Source: Dickeya solani IPO 2222 (GTDB taxonomy: Bacteria; Pseudomonadota; Gammaproteobacteria; Enterobacterales; Enterobacteriaceae). From it: a stretch of 32,000 bases of DNA. The notes under the pieces were generated by a model that was given only the letters and a program-made list of their open reading frames with translations, was not told where the DNA came from and searched no databases. The stretch lies in assembly GCF_001644705.1 (NCBI RefSeq), contig NZ_CP015137.1, positions 3,750,001-3,782,000 on the forward strand, given 5' to 3'. Position 1 is the stretch's first letter; the number at the start of each line of letters is the position of its first letter. Shown here in pieces: positions 18,042-25,546 of this stretch. The translations under genes and the position numbers were made by a program.

Positions 18042-19196
18042 TTAGCGTGACACCACGTCAGTGGCGGACGGCACCTTTTTCCAGTTCTGTGTCGTCACCC
18101 AGGCGCCGTCTCTCAGTCTTTCGCCGCCTTCGATCACCACCTGTTGACCGGCGCTGAGCCCGGCGCGGATGCGATACTGCCGGTTGACCAGCTCGCCCAG
18201 CTCGACCGTAACGGCATGTGCCGTGTTACGGGCGTCAACCACCCAGATTTTGGCTTCGCCGGCGCTGCGCGTCACCGCCTGTTGCGGCACCAGCAGGGCG
18301 TCGTCGTGGTGACCGAGCGGGATGCGGGCGCGGACGAACATGCCCGGCAGCAGTTGCCGCTGCGGGTTGTCCACCAGAATGCGCAGCAGCACGTCGCCGG
18401 TGCCGGCGTCCACATTGACGCCGGAAAACAGAATGCGCGCCGGCATTGGGTAGGACTGGCCGTCGCCGCGCAGGATCACCGCCGGTACGCCGTCGCTGCC
18501 GTTGGCGCGCTGACTCAGCATATCCCGCAGTTGTTCCAGCGAGGAGGCCGGTTGCCGCACATCGACATAGACCTTATCGATCTGTTGAACCCGCGCCAGC
18601 GGATTGCTGTCGTTGGTGCTGACCAGCGCGCCTTCGGTGATCAACGCCTGATCGATACGACCGGCAATGGGAGACTCGACGGTGGCGAAGGTCAGGTCAA
18701 GTTGGCGGCGCGCCAGCGTGGCGCGTGTCTGCGCCACATCGGCGGCGGCCTGGTCGCGCTGGGCTATCGCGTCGTCATAGGTTTGTTGGCTGATAGCGCC
18801 GGTGCTGAGCAGCGGCTTGAGACGGGTGACCTGAATTTGCGCCCGGTTCAGCACCGACTGGGCGCGTTGCAGCGCGGCGCCGGCGGTATCGACGTCGGCC
18901 TTGAACGGCGCCGGGTTTATCTGGAACAACGGTTGTCCGGCACGGATCTCGGCGCCCTGTTCGAACAGCCGGCGCTGGATGATGCCGCCGACCTGTGGGC
19001 GGATCTCCGCCGTTCGCACCGCGGCGACTCTGCCGGGCAGATCGTCGGTCAGGGTGATGGGCGCGGGCGTAGCGGTCAGTACGGTGACCTGCGCCGGCGG
19101 CGGTTCGACCGGTGTGTCGGTTTGGTTGCAGCCGGTCAGCAGCATGCCGACCAGCGCCAGCATCACGCCGTGACGGCACAGTTGTTTAAGTGACAC
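18042..19196 (-). CDS. desA: RND efflux membrane-fusion (periplasmic adaptor) lipoprotein, AcrA/MexA family
   Basis: The ORF is open up to 19334. A lipoprotein signal (V)SLKQLCRHGVMLALVGMLLTG|C, with lipobox LLTGC, starts at GTG 19194-19196 and gives 384 aa, the family-typical size. Alternative starts are ATG 19334 and ATG 19304. Start uncertain, stop firm. The symbol is by position only. Confidence 0.9.
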   Translation of the reverse strand: MSLKQLCRHGVMLALVGMLLTGCNQTDTPVEPPPAQVTVLTATPAPITLTDDLPGRVAAVRTAEIRPQVGGIIQRRLFEQGAEIRAGQPLFQINPAPFKADVDTAGAALQRAQSVLNRAQIQVTRLKPLLSTGAISQQTYDDAIAQRDQAAADVAQTRATLARRQLDLTFATVESPIAGRIDQALITEGALVSTNDSNPLARVQQIDKVYVDVRQPASSLEQLRDMLSQRANGSDGVPAVILRGDGQSYPMPARILFSGVNVDAGTGDVLLRILVDNPQRQLLPGMFVRARIPLGHHDDALLVPQQAVTRSAGEAKIWVVDARNTAHAVTVELGELVNRQYRIRAGLSAGQQVVIEGGERLRDGAWVTTQNWKKVPSATDVVSR

Positions 19197-19391
19197 GGGT
19201 AGACGGGCGGTTGCGCCGTTCGGCTCCGCCTGACCGGGCGTCGCCAGCAGCAGGGCCGACAGAATACAGGCGGCCGGGTATTGATACGGTTTCTTGGTGT
19301 TCATATCACGTGGTAATCCCTGTTTACCGGCCATAGGGAGGCCAGACTGCGGAAGTCTGCGCCTGCTGTGTGCGGTTTCCGTTGGGGAAAT

Positions 19392-19409
19392 ATGGAGATA
19401 TGATGGAGA
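19392..19409. promoter_or_regulatory. Direct repeat ATGGAGA-N4-ATGGAGA (11-bp period) in the pump/two-component divergent intergenic region
   Basis: An exact 7-mer is repeated one helical turn apart, 30 bp upstream of the response-regulator ORF. This geometry is used by OmpR/PhoB-family regulators. Assigning it as a binding site is inference. Confidence 0.3.
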
Positions 19410-19438
19410 ACCTGCATTTTTTTATCATGAGCTGACCA

Positions 19439-20176
19439 ATGACCGTTCATACACAATCCATGCCGATGGCTGACGAGACTCATGGATTGGTGCTTATCGC
19501 TGAAGATGAGCCAGAAATCGCCGATATTCTCCGGGCTTACCTGACACGCAGCGGCTTACGCACCCTCCACGCCGCGGATGGACACAAGGCGCTGGAACTC
19601 CACCTTTCCATGAAGCCGGATCTGGTGCTGCTGGATGTGCAGATGCCGCAGGTCGATGGCTGGCAAGTGCTGGCGGGGATTCGCCACCGCGGCGATACCC
19701 CGGTGATTATGCTGACCGCGCTGGATCAGGATATCGACAAGCTGATGGGCTTGCGGATTGGCGCCGATGATTACGTGGTCAAGCCGTTTAACCCCGCCGA
19801 AGTGGTGGCGCGGGTGCAGGCGGTGTTGCGCCGCGCCGGTCTGCGCGCCGAGCGTCAGCCGCAGCGCTTCCTGCGTACCGGCATCTTTCAGATCGATCTG
19901 GAAAACCACGAGGTGGTCGTGGAGCTTAACGGCGTCGGCCAGCCGATGGAGCTGACGTTGACCGAATTCCGGCTGATCGCCCATATGGCGCGCGCGCCGC
20001 GCCGGGTTTTCAGCCGTGAGGAACTGCTGGTTTCCTGCCTGCCGGAGGGGGATTCGCTGGAGCGCACGGTGGACAGCCACATCAGCAAACTGCGCAAGAA
20101 ACTGGAGCGGTTGGGGCTGAGCGGCGTGCCGTCCAGCGTGCGCGGCGTCGGCTACCGGCTGGGGGACGCGTCATGA
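19439..20176 (+). CDS. OmpR/PhoB-family response regulator (BaeR-like)
   Basis: Receiver domain LVLIAEDEPEI...LVLLDVQMP (phospho-acceptor Asp)...DDYVVKPF. C-terminal winged helix ending VRGVGYRL. In-frame ATGs at codons 8 and 10 are alternative starts. Confidence 0.94.
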   Translation: MTVHTQSMPMADETHGLVLIAEDEPEIADILRAYLTRSGLRTLHAADGHKALELHLSMKPDLVLLDVQMPQVDGWQVLAGIRHRGDTPVIMLTALDQDIDKLMGLRIGADDYVVKPFNPAEVVARVQAVLRRAGLRAERQPQRFLRTGIFQIDLENHEVVVELNGVGQPMELTLTEFRLIAHMARAPRRVFSREELLVSCLPEGDSLERTVDSHISKLRKKLERLGLSGVPSSVRGVGYRLGDAS

Positions 20177-21357
20177 AACCGCTGGGTAGCCTGAGCCGCC
20201 AAATCGTGCGTTCCATGACGCTGCTGGCGCTGTCCGTCACCCTGATGATGGTAGTCGGTTCCTACATCTTCTATTCGCTGATGTTGACTATTTCGCCGGA
20301 AAGCCTGTCGTCGAGCGATCAGTTGATGCCGACGACGATGGAATGGTTCTGGATGGCGGCCACCACCCTGCTGGCGTTGGTGATCGCGGTGGTGCTGGCT
20401 ATCCGGCTGGCGCGCCGCATTCTGGTGCCGTTGAATTCGGTGGCGCACAGCCTGCGCCAAATCGCCGAAGGCGAACTGAACGCGCGTGCTGAAACCGACG
20501 ATTACTCGCTGGGCGAAGCGGCGTTGCTGGTGCGCGACTTTAACACCATGGCGGAGCGGCTGGAGCGTATGGCGCAGGAGCGGGCGTTCTGGAACGCCGC
20601 CATCGCGCACGAACTGCGTACGCCGGTTACTATTTTGCGCGGTCGGTTGCAGGGGTTGACCGAAGGCGTGTTCGAACCGGATATCGGGTTGTTTCGCAAT
20701 CTGCTGACGCAGGTGGAAGGGCTGGGGCGACTGATTGAGGATTTGCGGGTGGTGGGGTTGGCGGAAAGCGGTCATCTGGAACTGCGCTGGACGCAAACCC
20801 GCCTGTCTGACGAGGTGATGGCGGTGGTGAGCGCGTTCGAACCCACGCTGCAACATGACGGATTTACTCTGGCGCTGGCGCTGGGGGATCAGGTGGTGCA
20901 GTGCGACCCGGTGCGGATTCGTCAGGCGCTGCTGGCGTTGCTGGAGAATGCGCAGAAACACGCCGACCCCGGCCGGTTATGTATCCGGGCGGGCGTGGAT
21001 GGCGGGCGGGCGTTCCTGAGCGTCGAAGACGGCGGCCCCGGCATCGACCCGCAGCTCGCCGATCAGATTTTTGAAGCCTTCCAGCGCGGTGAACAGTCGC
21101 GTTCGGGCAACAGCAAAGGCAGCGGGCTGGGGCTGGCGGTGGTGCAGGCGATTGCTCAGGCGCACGGCGGTCAGGCGAGCTGCTGCCCGTCGCCGTCCGG
21201 CGGCGCGCGGTTCGAACTGCGCTGGCCGGCGGCCGGCCGGATCAGCGGGCTGTCGGTCAGCGGACAATCGATCAATGGGCAATCGATCAGTGGACAATCG
21301 ATCAACGGGCAATCAAGCAACGGACCGTCAGTCAGCGGACAATCAGGGACGGTCTGA
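20173..21357 (+). CDS. Sensor histidine kinase (2 TM, HAMP, HisKA, HATPase_c) with a repeat-containing C-terminal tail
   Basis: ATGA overlap with the regulator gene. H-box AIAHELRTPVT, N-box LLENAQKHA, G1 VEDGGPGI, G2 GSGLGLAVV. Two hydrophobic segments are separated by only ~20 residues (TISPESLSSSDQLMPTTMEW, nt ~20284-20343). Confidence 0.93.
   Translation: MKPLGSLSRQIVRSMTLLALSVTLMMVVGSYIFYSLMLTISPESLSSSDQLMPTTMEWFWMAATTLLALVIAVVLAIRLARRILVPLNSVAHSLRQIAEGELNARAETDDYSLGEAALLVRDFNTMAERLERMAQERAFWNAAIAHELRTPVTILRGRLQGLTEGVFEPDIGLFRNLLTQVEGLGRLIEDLRVVGLAESGHLELRWTQTRLSDEVMAVVSAFEPTLQHDGFTLALALGDQVVQCDPVRIRQALLALLENAQKHADPGRLCIRAGVDGGRAFLSVEDGGPGIDPQLADQIFEAFQRGEQSRSGNSKGSGLGLAVVQAIAQAHGGQASCCPSPSGGARFELRWPAAGRISGLSVSGQSINGQSISGQSINGQSSNGPSVSGQSGTV
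21241..21345 (+). repeat. Seven tandem 15-bp units (consensus RTCARYGGRCAATCG) encoding [I/V/S][S/N]G[Q/L/P]S pentapeptides at the kinase C-terminus
   Basis: Units, read in register from nt 21241: atcagcgggctgtcg / gtcagcggacaatcg / atcaatgggcaatcg / atcagtggacaatcg / atcaacgggcaatca / agcaacggaccgtca / gtcagcggacaatca. Confidence 0.9.
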
Positions 21358-22263
21358 CGGCAGCAACGCATCGGCTTTCAGCCAGGCCACGGCGCTGTCG
21401 ACCAGCGGATGGTAACGCCGGGTGTTCCAGGCTGCGGCGGCGGTGACCACGGTGACGTTTTCCTGCAACGGGCGCATCACTACATTGGCGGGGATCAGGC
21501 GTTGCATCGCGGACGGCACCAGCGCCACGCCCTGATCGCAGCTCACGTAGGCGATCTGGGATGTCACCGAACGCACTTCATGCAGCACACGCGGCGCAAA
21601 GCCGTGGGCGCGGCAGGCGGCGGTCAGCAAATCAAAATAGACCGGGCTGACCTGGCGTGCCGGCATTACCAGCGGCTGGTCTTCGAGCGATTTCAACTGG
21701 ATACACGGCAAGGCGGCGAGCGGGTGTTCCCGCGGCATCGCCACCGCCAGCCGGTCTTCCGCCAGCGGCAGGGTGTCGATACCGCTGGCGATGTCTCCCT
21801 CCAGACGCACAAACGCCAGATCCAGCTCGCCGGCTTCCAGCAGGGGGACGGCTTCCACGCTGTCGATTTCACGCACGAAGATCGTCAGGCCGGGGTGTTG
21901 CCGGCGTAGCGCGTCCAGCAGTCTGGGGGTGATTTCCAGCATAGCGGAGGTGATCGCCCCGATATTCAGCACGCCGGACTGGCCGCCGGCGATTTCTTTG
22001 ACCACCTTCTCCAACTGTTCCATTTGGCCGGCGAAGCGCCGCACCGCGGGCAGCAGAGCGGCACCGGCCGGGCTAAGGCGGGTGCCCCGGCGCGAACGTT
22101 CGAACAACTGCAATCTGAGCGACTGCTCCAGTACCTTGATCTGCTCGGTCAGCGGCGGCTGGGACATGCCCAGACGCTGCGCCGCGCGCCCGAAGTGCTC
22201 TTCTTCCGCCACCGCGAGAAACATCCACAGCTGTTTAAGCAGCCGGAAATCAATGGTTCCCAT
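21343..22263 (-). CDS. LysR-family transcriptional regulator
   Basis: The LysR-type N-terminal HTH begins at MGTIDFRLLKQLWMFLAVAEEEHFGRAAQRLGMSQPPLTEQIK, with GGGAGA ~7 nt upstream of ATG 22263. The 70 extra upstream codons of ORF 21343..22473 have no LysR counterpart. The 3' end overlaps the kinase 3' end by 15 nt (convergent). Confidence 0.9.
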   Translation of the reverse strand: MGTIDFRLLKQLWMFLAVAEEEHFGRAAQRLGMSQPPLTEQIKVLEQSLRLQLFERSRRGTRLSPAGAALLPAVRRFAGQMEQLEKVVKEIAGGQSGVLNIGAITSAMLEITPRLLDALRRQHPGLTIFVREIDSVEAVPLLEAGELDLAFVRLEGDIASGIDTLPLAEDRLAVAMPREHPLAALPCIQLKSLEDQPLVMPARQVSPVYFDLLTAACRAHGFAPRVLHEVRSVTSQIAYVSCDQGVALVPSAMQRLIPANVVMRPLQENVTVVTAAAAWNTRRYHPLVDSAVAWLKADALLPSDRP

Positions 22264-22297
22264 TGGGCTTTCTCCCTGTCTTTCTGTTCTGGATAGC

Positions 22298-22312
22298 GTA
22301 TCACAGCGATAC
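22298..22312. promoter_or_regulatory. LysR-type T-N11-A dyad (GTATC-N5-GATAC) in the divergent LysR/RraA-like intergenic region
   Basis: gTATCacagcGATAc is a perfect 5-bp inverted repeat that fits T-N11-A. It lies 35 bp upstream of the LysR start. Confidence 0.4.
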
Positions 22313-22381
22313 TTTATTAAAAATTTACATATCAGTGGGGTGACCTGATGATGGCGCGACCTTCGTTCAGGAGATGAAACC

Positions 22382-23065
22382 ATGACCTCAGCCAAACGCC
22401 TTGAGCGCCTTGCCGCGCTGGATACCAATACTGTTTCCGACGCGCTGGATTTTCTTGGCCTTCCCGGCGCCACTTACGGCCTGCGCCCTTTATGGGAATG
22501 CCCGCAGATCGTCGGGCGTGCCAGCACTATTCAGCTTGGCCCTAAACGGGATAATCACCCCACGGTGCATCTGATTTCACCGGTGATCGACGGGATTAGC
22601 GCGGATGACCGCGTACTGGTGATTGCCGGCGGGGTCGAGGGGATTTCCTGCTGGGGCGATATTCTGGCCAATGCCGCGAAGGCTCGCCACATACGCGGGT
22701 CGGTGATCGATGGCATGAGTCGTGACATTGACGGCAGCGAAGCCATTGGTTACCCGGTGTACGGCCGGGGGATCACCATGATCAGCGCTCGTCACCGCGT
22801 GGTGCAGCGAGAGGCGGGTAATCCGGTGCAAATGGCGGGCGTCACCGTGCAGCAGGACGATTATGTGATTGCTGATCGGTGCGGCACGGTATTTATCCCG
22901 GCGGCGCGTATTGATGAGGTGCTTGAGCTTGGCGAGCGCATTGCCCGCCGTCAGGATGGCATGGTGGCGGCGGTGCGTGCCGGGCGTGCGGTGGCCGAAG
23001 TGATGCATGACAAGGAGTTTGACGCCATTCAGACCCGGCCAACCTCACCGGAGTCAACGCAATGA
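22382..23065 (+). CDS. RraA-family protein (RraA / 4-hydroxy-4-methyl-2-oxoglutarate aldolase-like)
   Basis: Length 227 aa. N-terminal LDTNTVSDALD and the family core VIAGGVEGISCWGDILANAAKARHIRGSVIDGMSRD. GGAGA SD ~8 nt upstream. Confidence 0.8.
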   Translation: MTSAKRLERLAALDTNTVSDALDFLGLPGATYGLRPLWECPQIVGRASTIQLGPKRDNHPTVHLISPVIDGISADDRVLVIAGGVEGISCWGDILANAAKARHIRGSVIDGMSRDIDGSEAIGYPVYGRGITMISARHRVVQREAGNPVQMAGVTVQQDDYVIADRCGTVFIPAARIDEVLELGERIARRQDGMVAAVRAGRAVAEVMHDKEFDAIQTRPTSPESTQ

Positions 23066-23607
23066 GCCATTTTACTCCTCCTTATCTCAACCGTTTTCTG
23101 GCGCTGGCGCAGCCGTCGGCGACGTATCGGGTGATGGATCGCGTCGCTGCGCGCCGTGCGGCAGGTGTTCAGGTGATTTCCCTGTGTGCGGGTGAACCTG
23201 ATGTCGATACCCCGGAGCACGTGTGTGAGGCGGGCATTGCCGCTATTCGCGCCGGCTATACCCGCTATACCCAGGTGGCTGGGTTACGGTCGCTGCGGGC
23301 GGCGGTGGCCGCTAAGTTCCAGCATGAAAACGGTTTGAGCGCCGCCATCAACAGATACCGGGGTTACACTGTGAGCGTCCAGCCGGCGCGTTTTATGCCT
23401 TTGTCTCCTGTGAGGCGTTGCTTGGCAAAACCACCGCAGCCGGAACCGTACTGAATAGCGATGAAGAGGTAGCGACGGCGTTGCTGGATGAGGCCGGCGT
23501 AGCGGTGGCGCCAGGCAGTGCTTTCGGGCTTGCCCCCTATTACGTATGCGCTGGATGACGATGCGCTGCTCAGCGCTTGCCGCGCCATACGGGTGTTTTG
23601 TGAATGA
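23062..23607 (+). pseudogene. Class I (AspC-like) aminotransferase remnant with a large internal deletion and frame changes
   Basis: The N-terminal ~95 codons are typical (VISLCAGEPDVDTPEHVCEAGIAAIRAGYTRYTQVAGLRSLRAAVAAKFQHENGL). From ~23345 the homologous reading continues in another frame as IPGLHCERPAGAFYAFVSCEALLGKTTAAGTVLNSDEEVATALLDEAGVAVAPGSAFG. After one more shift near the C5 run/tattacgt (~23533-23545) it reads TYALDDDALLSACRAIRVFCE, with a stop at 23605-23607. The central segment of roughly 190 aa, which normally carries the PLP-binding Lys, is missing. Confidence 0.8.
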
Positions 23608-23631
23608 TTGACGTGACCGGGAGCGACGGAC

Positions 23632-24477
23632 ATGACGGAACAACAACAGGCAGCGAGCAGCCGCGTGAGCGCGGCATTCTGCTGCCAACGTACCGAACTG
23701 ACGGTGCGGGAGACCCACCTTGACGTGGCCGCCCTGTATCGCGACGGCCAGCGGGCGCCGATGGTCTTTTTGCACGGGTTTGGCTCCACTAAAGAGGATT
23801 ACGCCGATATCGTCCGCCACCCGGCGTTCGACGGGCGCCCGTTTCTGGCCTACGACGCCCCCGGCTGCGGGGAAACGGTCTGTGACGATCTGACGGCGAT
23901 CTCCATTCCCTTTCTGGTGGACACCGCGCTGGCGATGCTGGATAGATTCGGGTTCGATCGTTTTCATCTGATAGGGCATTCGATGGGCGGGTTGACCGCG
24001 TTGATGCTGGCGCAGCGCTGCCCGGAGCGGGTGCTGAGTTTTGTCGATATCGAAGGCAATATCGCGCCGGAAGACTGCTTTCTCAGCCGCCAGATCGTGA
24101 CGTATGCCGATGACGATGCCGGGCGCTTTTTTGATGAGTTCATCCGGCGCACCCACGCGTCGCCGGCGTGGTCCGGCGCGTTGTATGCTGCCAGCCTGCG
24201 GCATAAGGTGAGGGCCGGGGCGGTGCGCGGCATCTTTCAGTCGATGGTTGAACTGTCCGATAGCGGCGATCTGATGACGAGATTCCTTGGTTTACCGTGC
24301 CCGACAATGTTCATGTACGGCGAGCAGAACGCGTCGCTGTCTTATCTGGAGCACATCGCGCGCTACGGCGTGCGGCTGGCGGAAATCCCCCAGTGCGGCC
24401 ATTTTCCGATGTACGCCAACCCGGTGGCGATGTGGCGGGCGATCGCGGATTTCTATGCCGACGCGGCGGCAGACTGA
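23632..24477 (+). CDS. Alpha/beta-fold hydrolase
   Basis: Length 281 aa. VFLHGFGST oxyanion region, nucleophile elbow GHSMGG, and C-terminal His in QCGHFPMY. Confidence 0.85.
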   Translation: MTEQQQAASSRVSAAFCCQRTELTVRETHLDVAALYRDGQRAPMVFLHGFGSTKEDYADIVRHPAFDGRPFLAYDAPGCGETVCDDLTAISIPFLVDTALAMLDRFGFDRFHLIGHSMGGLTALMLAQRCPERVLSFVDIEGNIAPEDCFLSRQIVTYADDDAGRFFDEFIRRTHASPAWSGALYAASLRHKVRAGAVRGIFQSMVELSDSGDLMTRFLGLPCPTMFMYGEQNASLSYLEHIARYGVRLAEIPQCGHFPMYANPVAMWRAIADFYADAAAD

Positions 24478-24490
24478 CCGCCGGCGTTAT

Positions 24491-25390
24491 TCAGACCGGC
24501 TGACGCAGGTGCGCCAGCAAATTGGCGGCTTCGGGCTGCAAGGTCGCGCCTGACCTGATGCCTAGCCACAGCTTGCGGGTGGCCCAGCTATCGGTCAGGC
24601 GGATTGCGTGCAGCCCCACGCCGAGGATTTCCGGGCGAATGGCGCCTTCAGGCAGGATGCTGATGCCGAGCCCGGCTTCGATCATGCGGCACACGCCGTC
24701 AAAGCTGCTGACCTGAATGCGCAGACGCAGCATTTTTCCGTGCTCTTCGGCGGTGTCCTGCAACAGCTTCAGCAGCGAGCTGCCGTTGTTGAGGCCGACG
24801 AAATCGTACGGCAAGGCGTCGGCAAAGGCGATTTCCCGGTGTTCGGCCAGCGGGTGCTGAGGCGACACCAGCACCACCAACTGGTCTTCCCGGTACGGGA
24901 TCTTTTCCACGCCGGGGGAGGGCACATTGTCGGCGAAGATGCCGAGATCGGCTTGCCCGGTGAGCAGCGCCGTCACCACGGTTTCACTCAGTTTCTCTTC
25001 CAGATTGATCCGCACCAGCGGATGGCGTTGCAGAAAGTGCGCCAAATCCTGCGGCAGAAATTCGATGATGGCCGAGGTGTTGGCCCAGATGTGTACATGC
25101 CCGCGCACGCCGGCGGCGTAATCCTGCATCTCGCCGGCCATGCGTTCCACGCTGCCCACGACCTGACGGGCGAGTTGCACCAGCTCTTTCCCCGCCGCCG
25201 TCAGCGCCAGACCGCGCGGCATACGGATGAACAGCGTGCAATCGACGGTGCGCTCCAGTTCCGCCATGCGTTTGCTCAGGGCCGACAGCGTCATATGGAA
25301 GGCTTCGGCGGTCTTGGTCAGGCTACCGATTCTGGCGACCTGCAAAAACAGGCGTAGCGATTGCAGGTCAAAATGCGCGGGATTGATCAT
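24491..25390 (-). CDS. LysR-family transcriptional regulator
   Basis: The HTH begins at MINPAHFDLQSLRLFLQVARIGSLTKTAEAFHMTLSALSKRMAELE. This is codon 34 of ORF 24491..25489, so the start is placed at ATG 25390. The SD is poor. Confidence 0.88.
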   Translation of the reverse strand: MINPAHFDLQSLRLFLQVARIGSLTKTAEAFHMTLSALSKRMAELERTVDCTLFIRMPRGLALTAAGKELVQLARQVVGSVERMAGEMQDYAAGVRGHVHIWANTSAIIEFLPQDLAHFLQRHPLVRINLEEKLSETVVTALLTGQADLGIFADNVPSPGVEKIPYREDQLVVLVSPQHPLAEHREIAFADALPYDFVGLNNGSSLLKLLQDTAEEHGKMLRLRIQVSSFDGVCRMIEAGLGISILPEGAIRPEILGVGLHAIRLTDSWATRKLWLGIRSGATLQPEAANLLAHLRQPV

Positions 25391-25443
25391 GGGAAGGCGG
25401 CGATCCTCGAAAGCGTGAGCGTCACAGCCTAACACAGTGGCGA

Positions 25444-25464
25444 CCCTTTCCTGGCAGGAAAGGG
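25444..25464. promoter_or_regulatory. Perfect palindrome CCCTTTCC-TGGCA-GGAAAGGG containing a T-N11-A core, between LysR and the VOC gene
   Basis: An 8-bp inverted repeat read directly, 54 bp upstream of the LysR start and 83 bp upstream of the proposed VOC start. It is a candidate LysR operator. Confidence 0.4.
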
Positions 25465-25546
25465 TGATTGACGATTGAGGAATTATCAAAAGCCTCGCCT
25501 GCGCCTAGGATGTCGTCCTATTGTCTCAATTACAGGAAAGGCCGCG

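Noticed and set aside
15439-19193. Plus-strand ORFs antisense to the RND/MFP genes (15002..15586, 15439..16266, 18144..19193, 349 aa)
   Set aside because: They overlap strongly supported efflux genes on the other strand. Their composition is typical of GC-rich antisense frames.
20152-20961. A 269-aa minus-strand ORF antisense to the histidine kinase, and a 249-aa plus-strand ORF (24608..25357) antisense to the second LysR gene
   Set aside because: Same reasoning: each is fully contained in a gene with clear family motifs, and neither has motifs of its own.
21241-21345. The tandem 15-bp repeats considered as a CRISPR array or intergenic VNTR
   Set aside because: The units are contiguous with no spacers, are far shorter than CRISPR repeats, and are in frame within the kinase coding sequence.
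21343-22473. The full 376-aa version of the LysR ORF (start at 22473), and the 332-aa version of the second LysR (start at 25489)
   Set aside because: The N-terminal extensions precede the conserved LysR HTH, overlap the divergent genes' promoter or coding regions, and lack counterparts in the family. Internal ATGs at 22263 and 25390 give standard ~300-aa proteins.
23062-23454. ORF 23062..23454 taken as an intact 130-aa protein
   Set aside because: Only its first ~95 codons resemble a known family. The rest is out-of-frame read-through of the same gene's C-terminal region, so it is treated as part of a pseudogene.
23284-24204. A 306-aa minus-strand ORF spanning the aminotransferase remnant and the alpha/beta-hydrolase gene
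   Set aside because: It is antisense to sequences whose plus-strand translations carry clear aminotransferase and GHSMGG hydrolase signatures. The product is Arg/Pro-rich with no motif.
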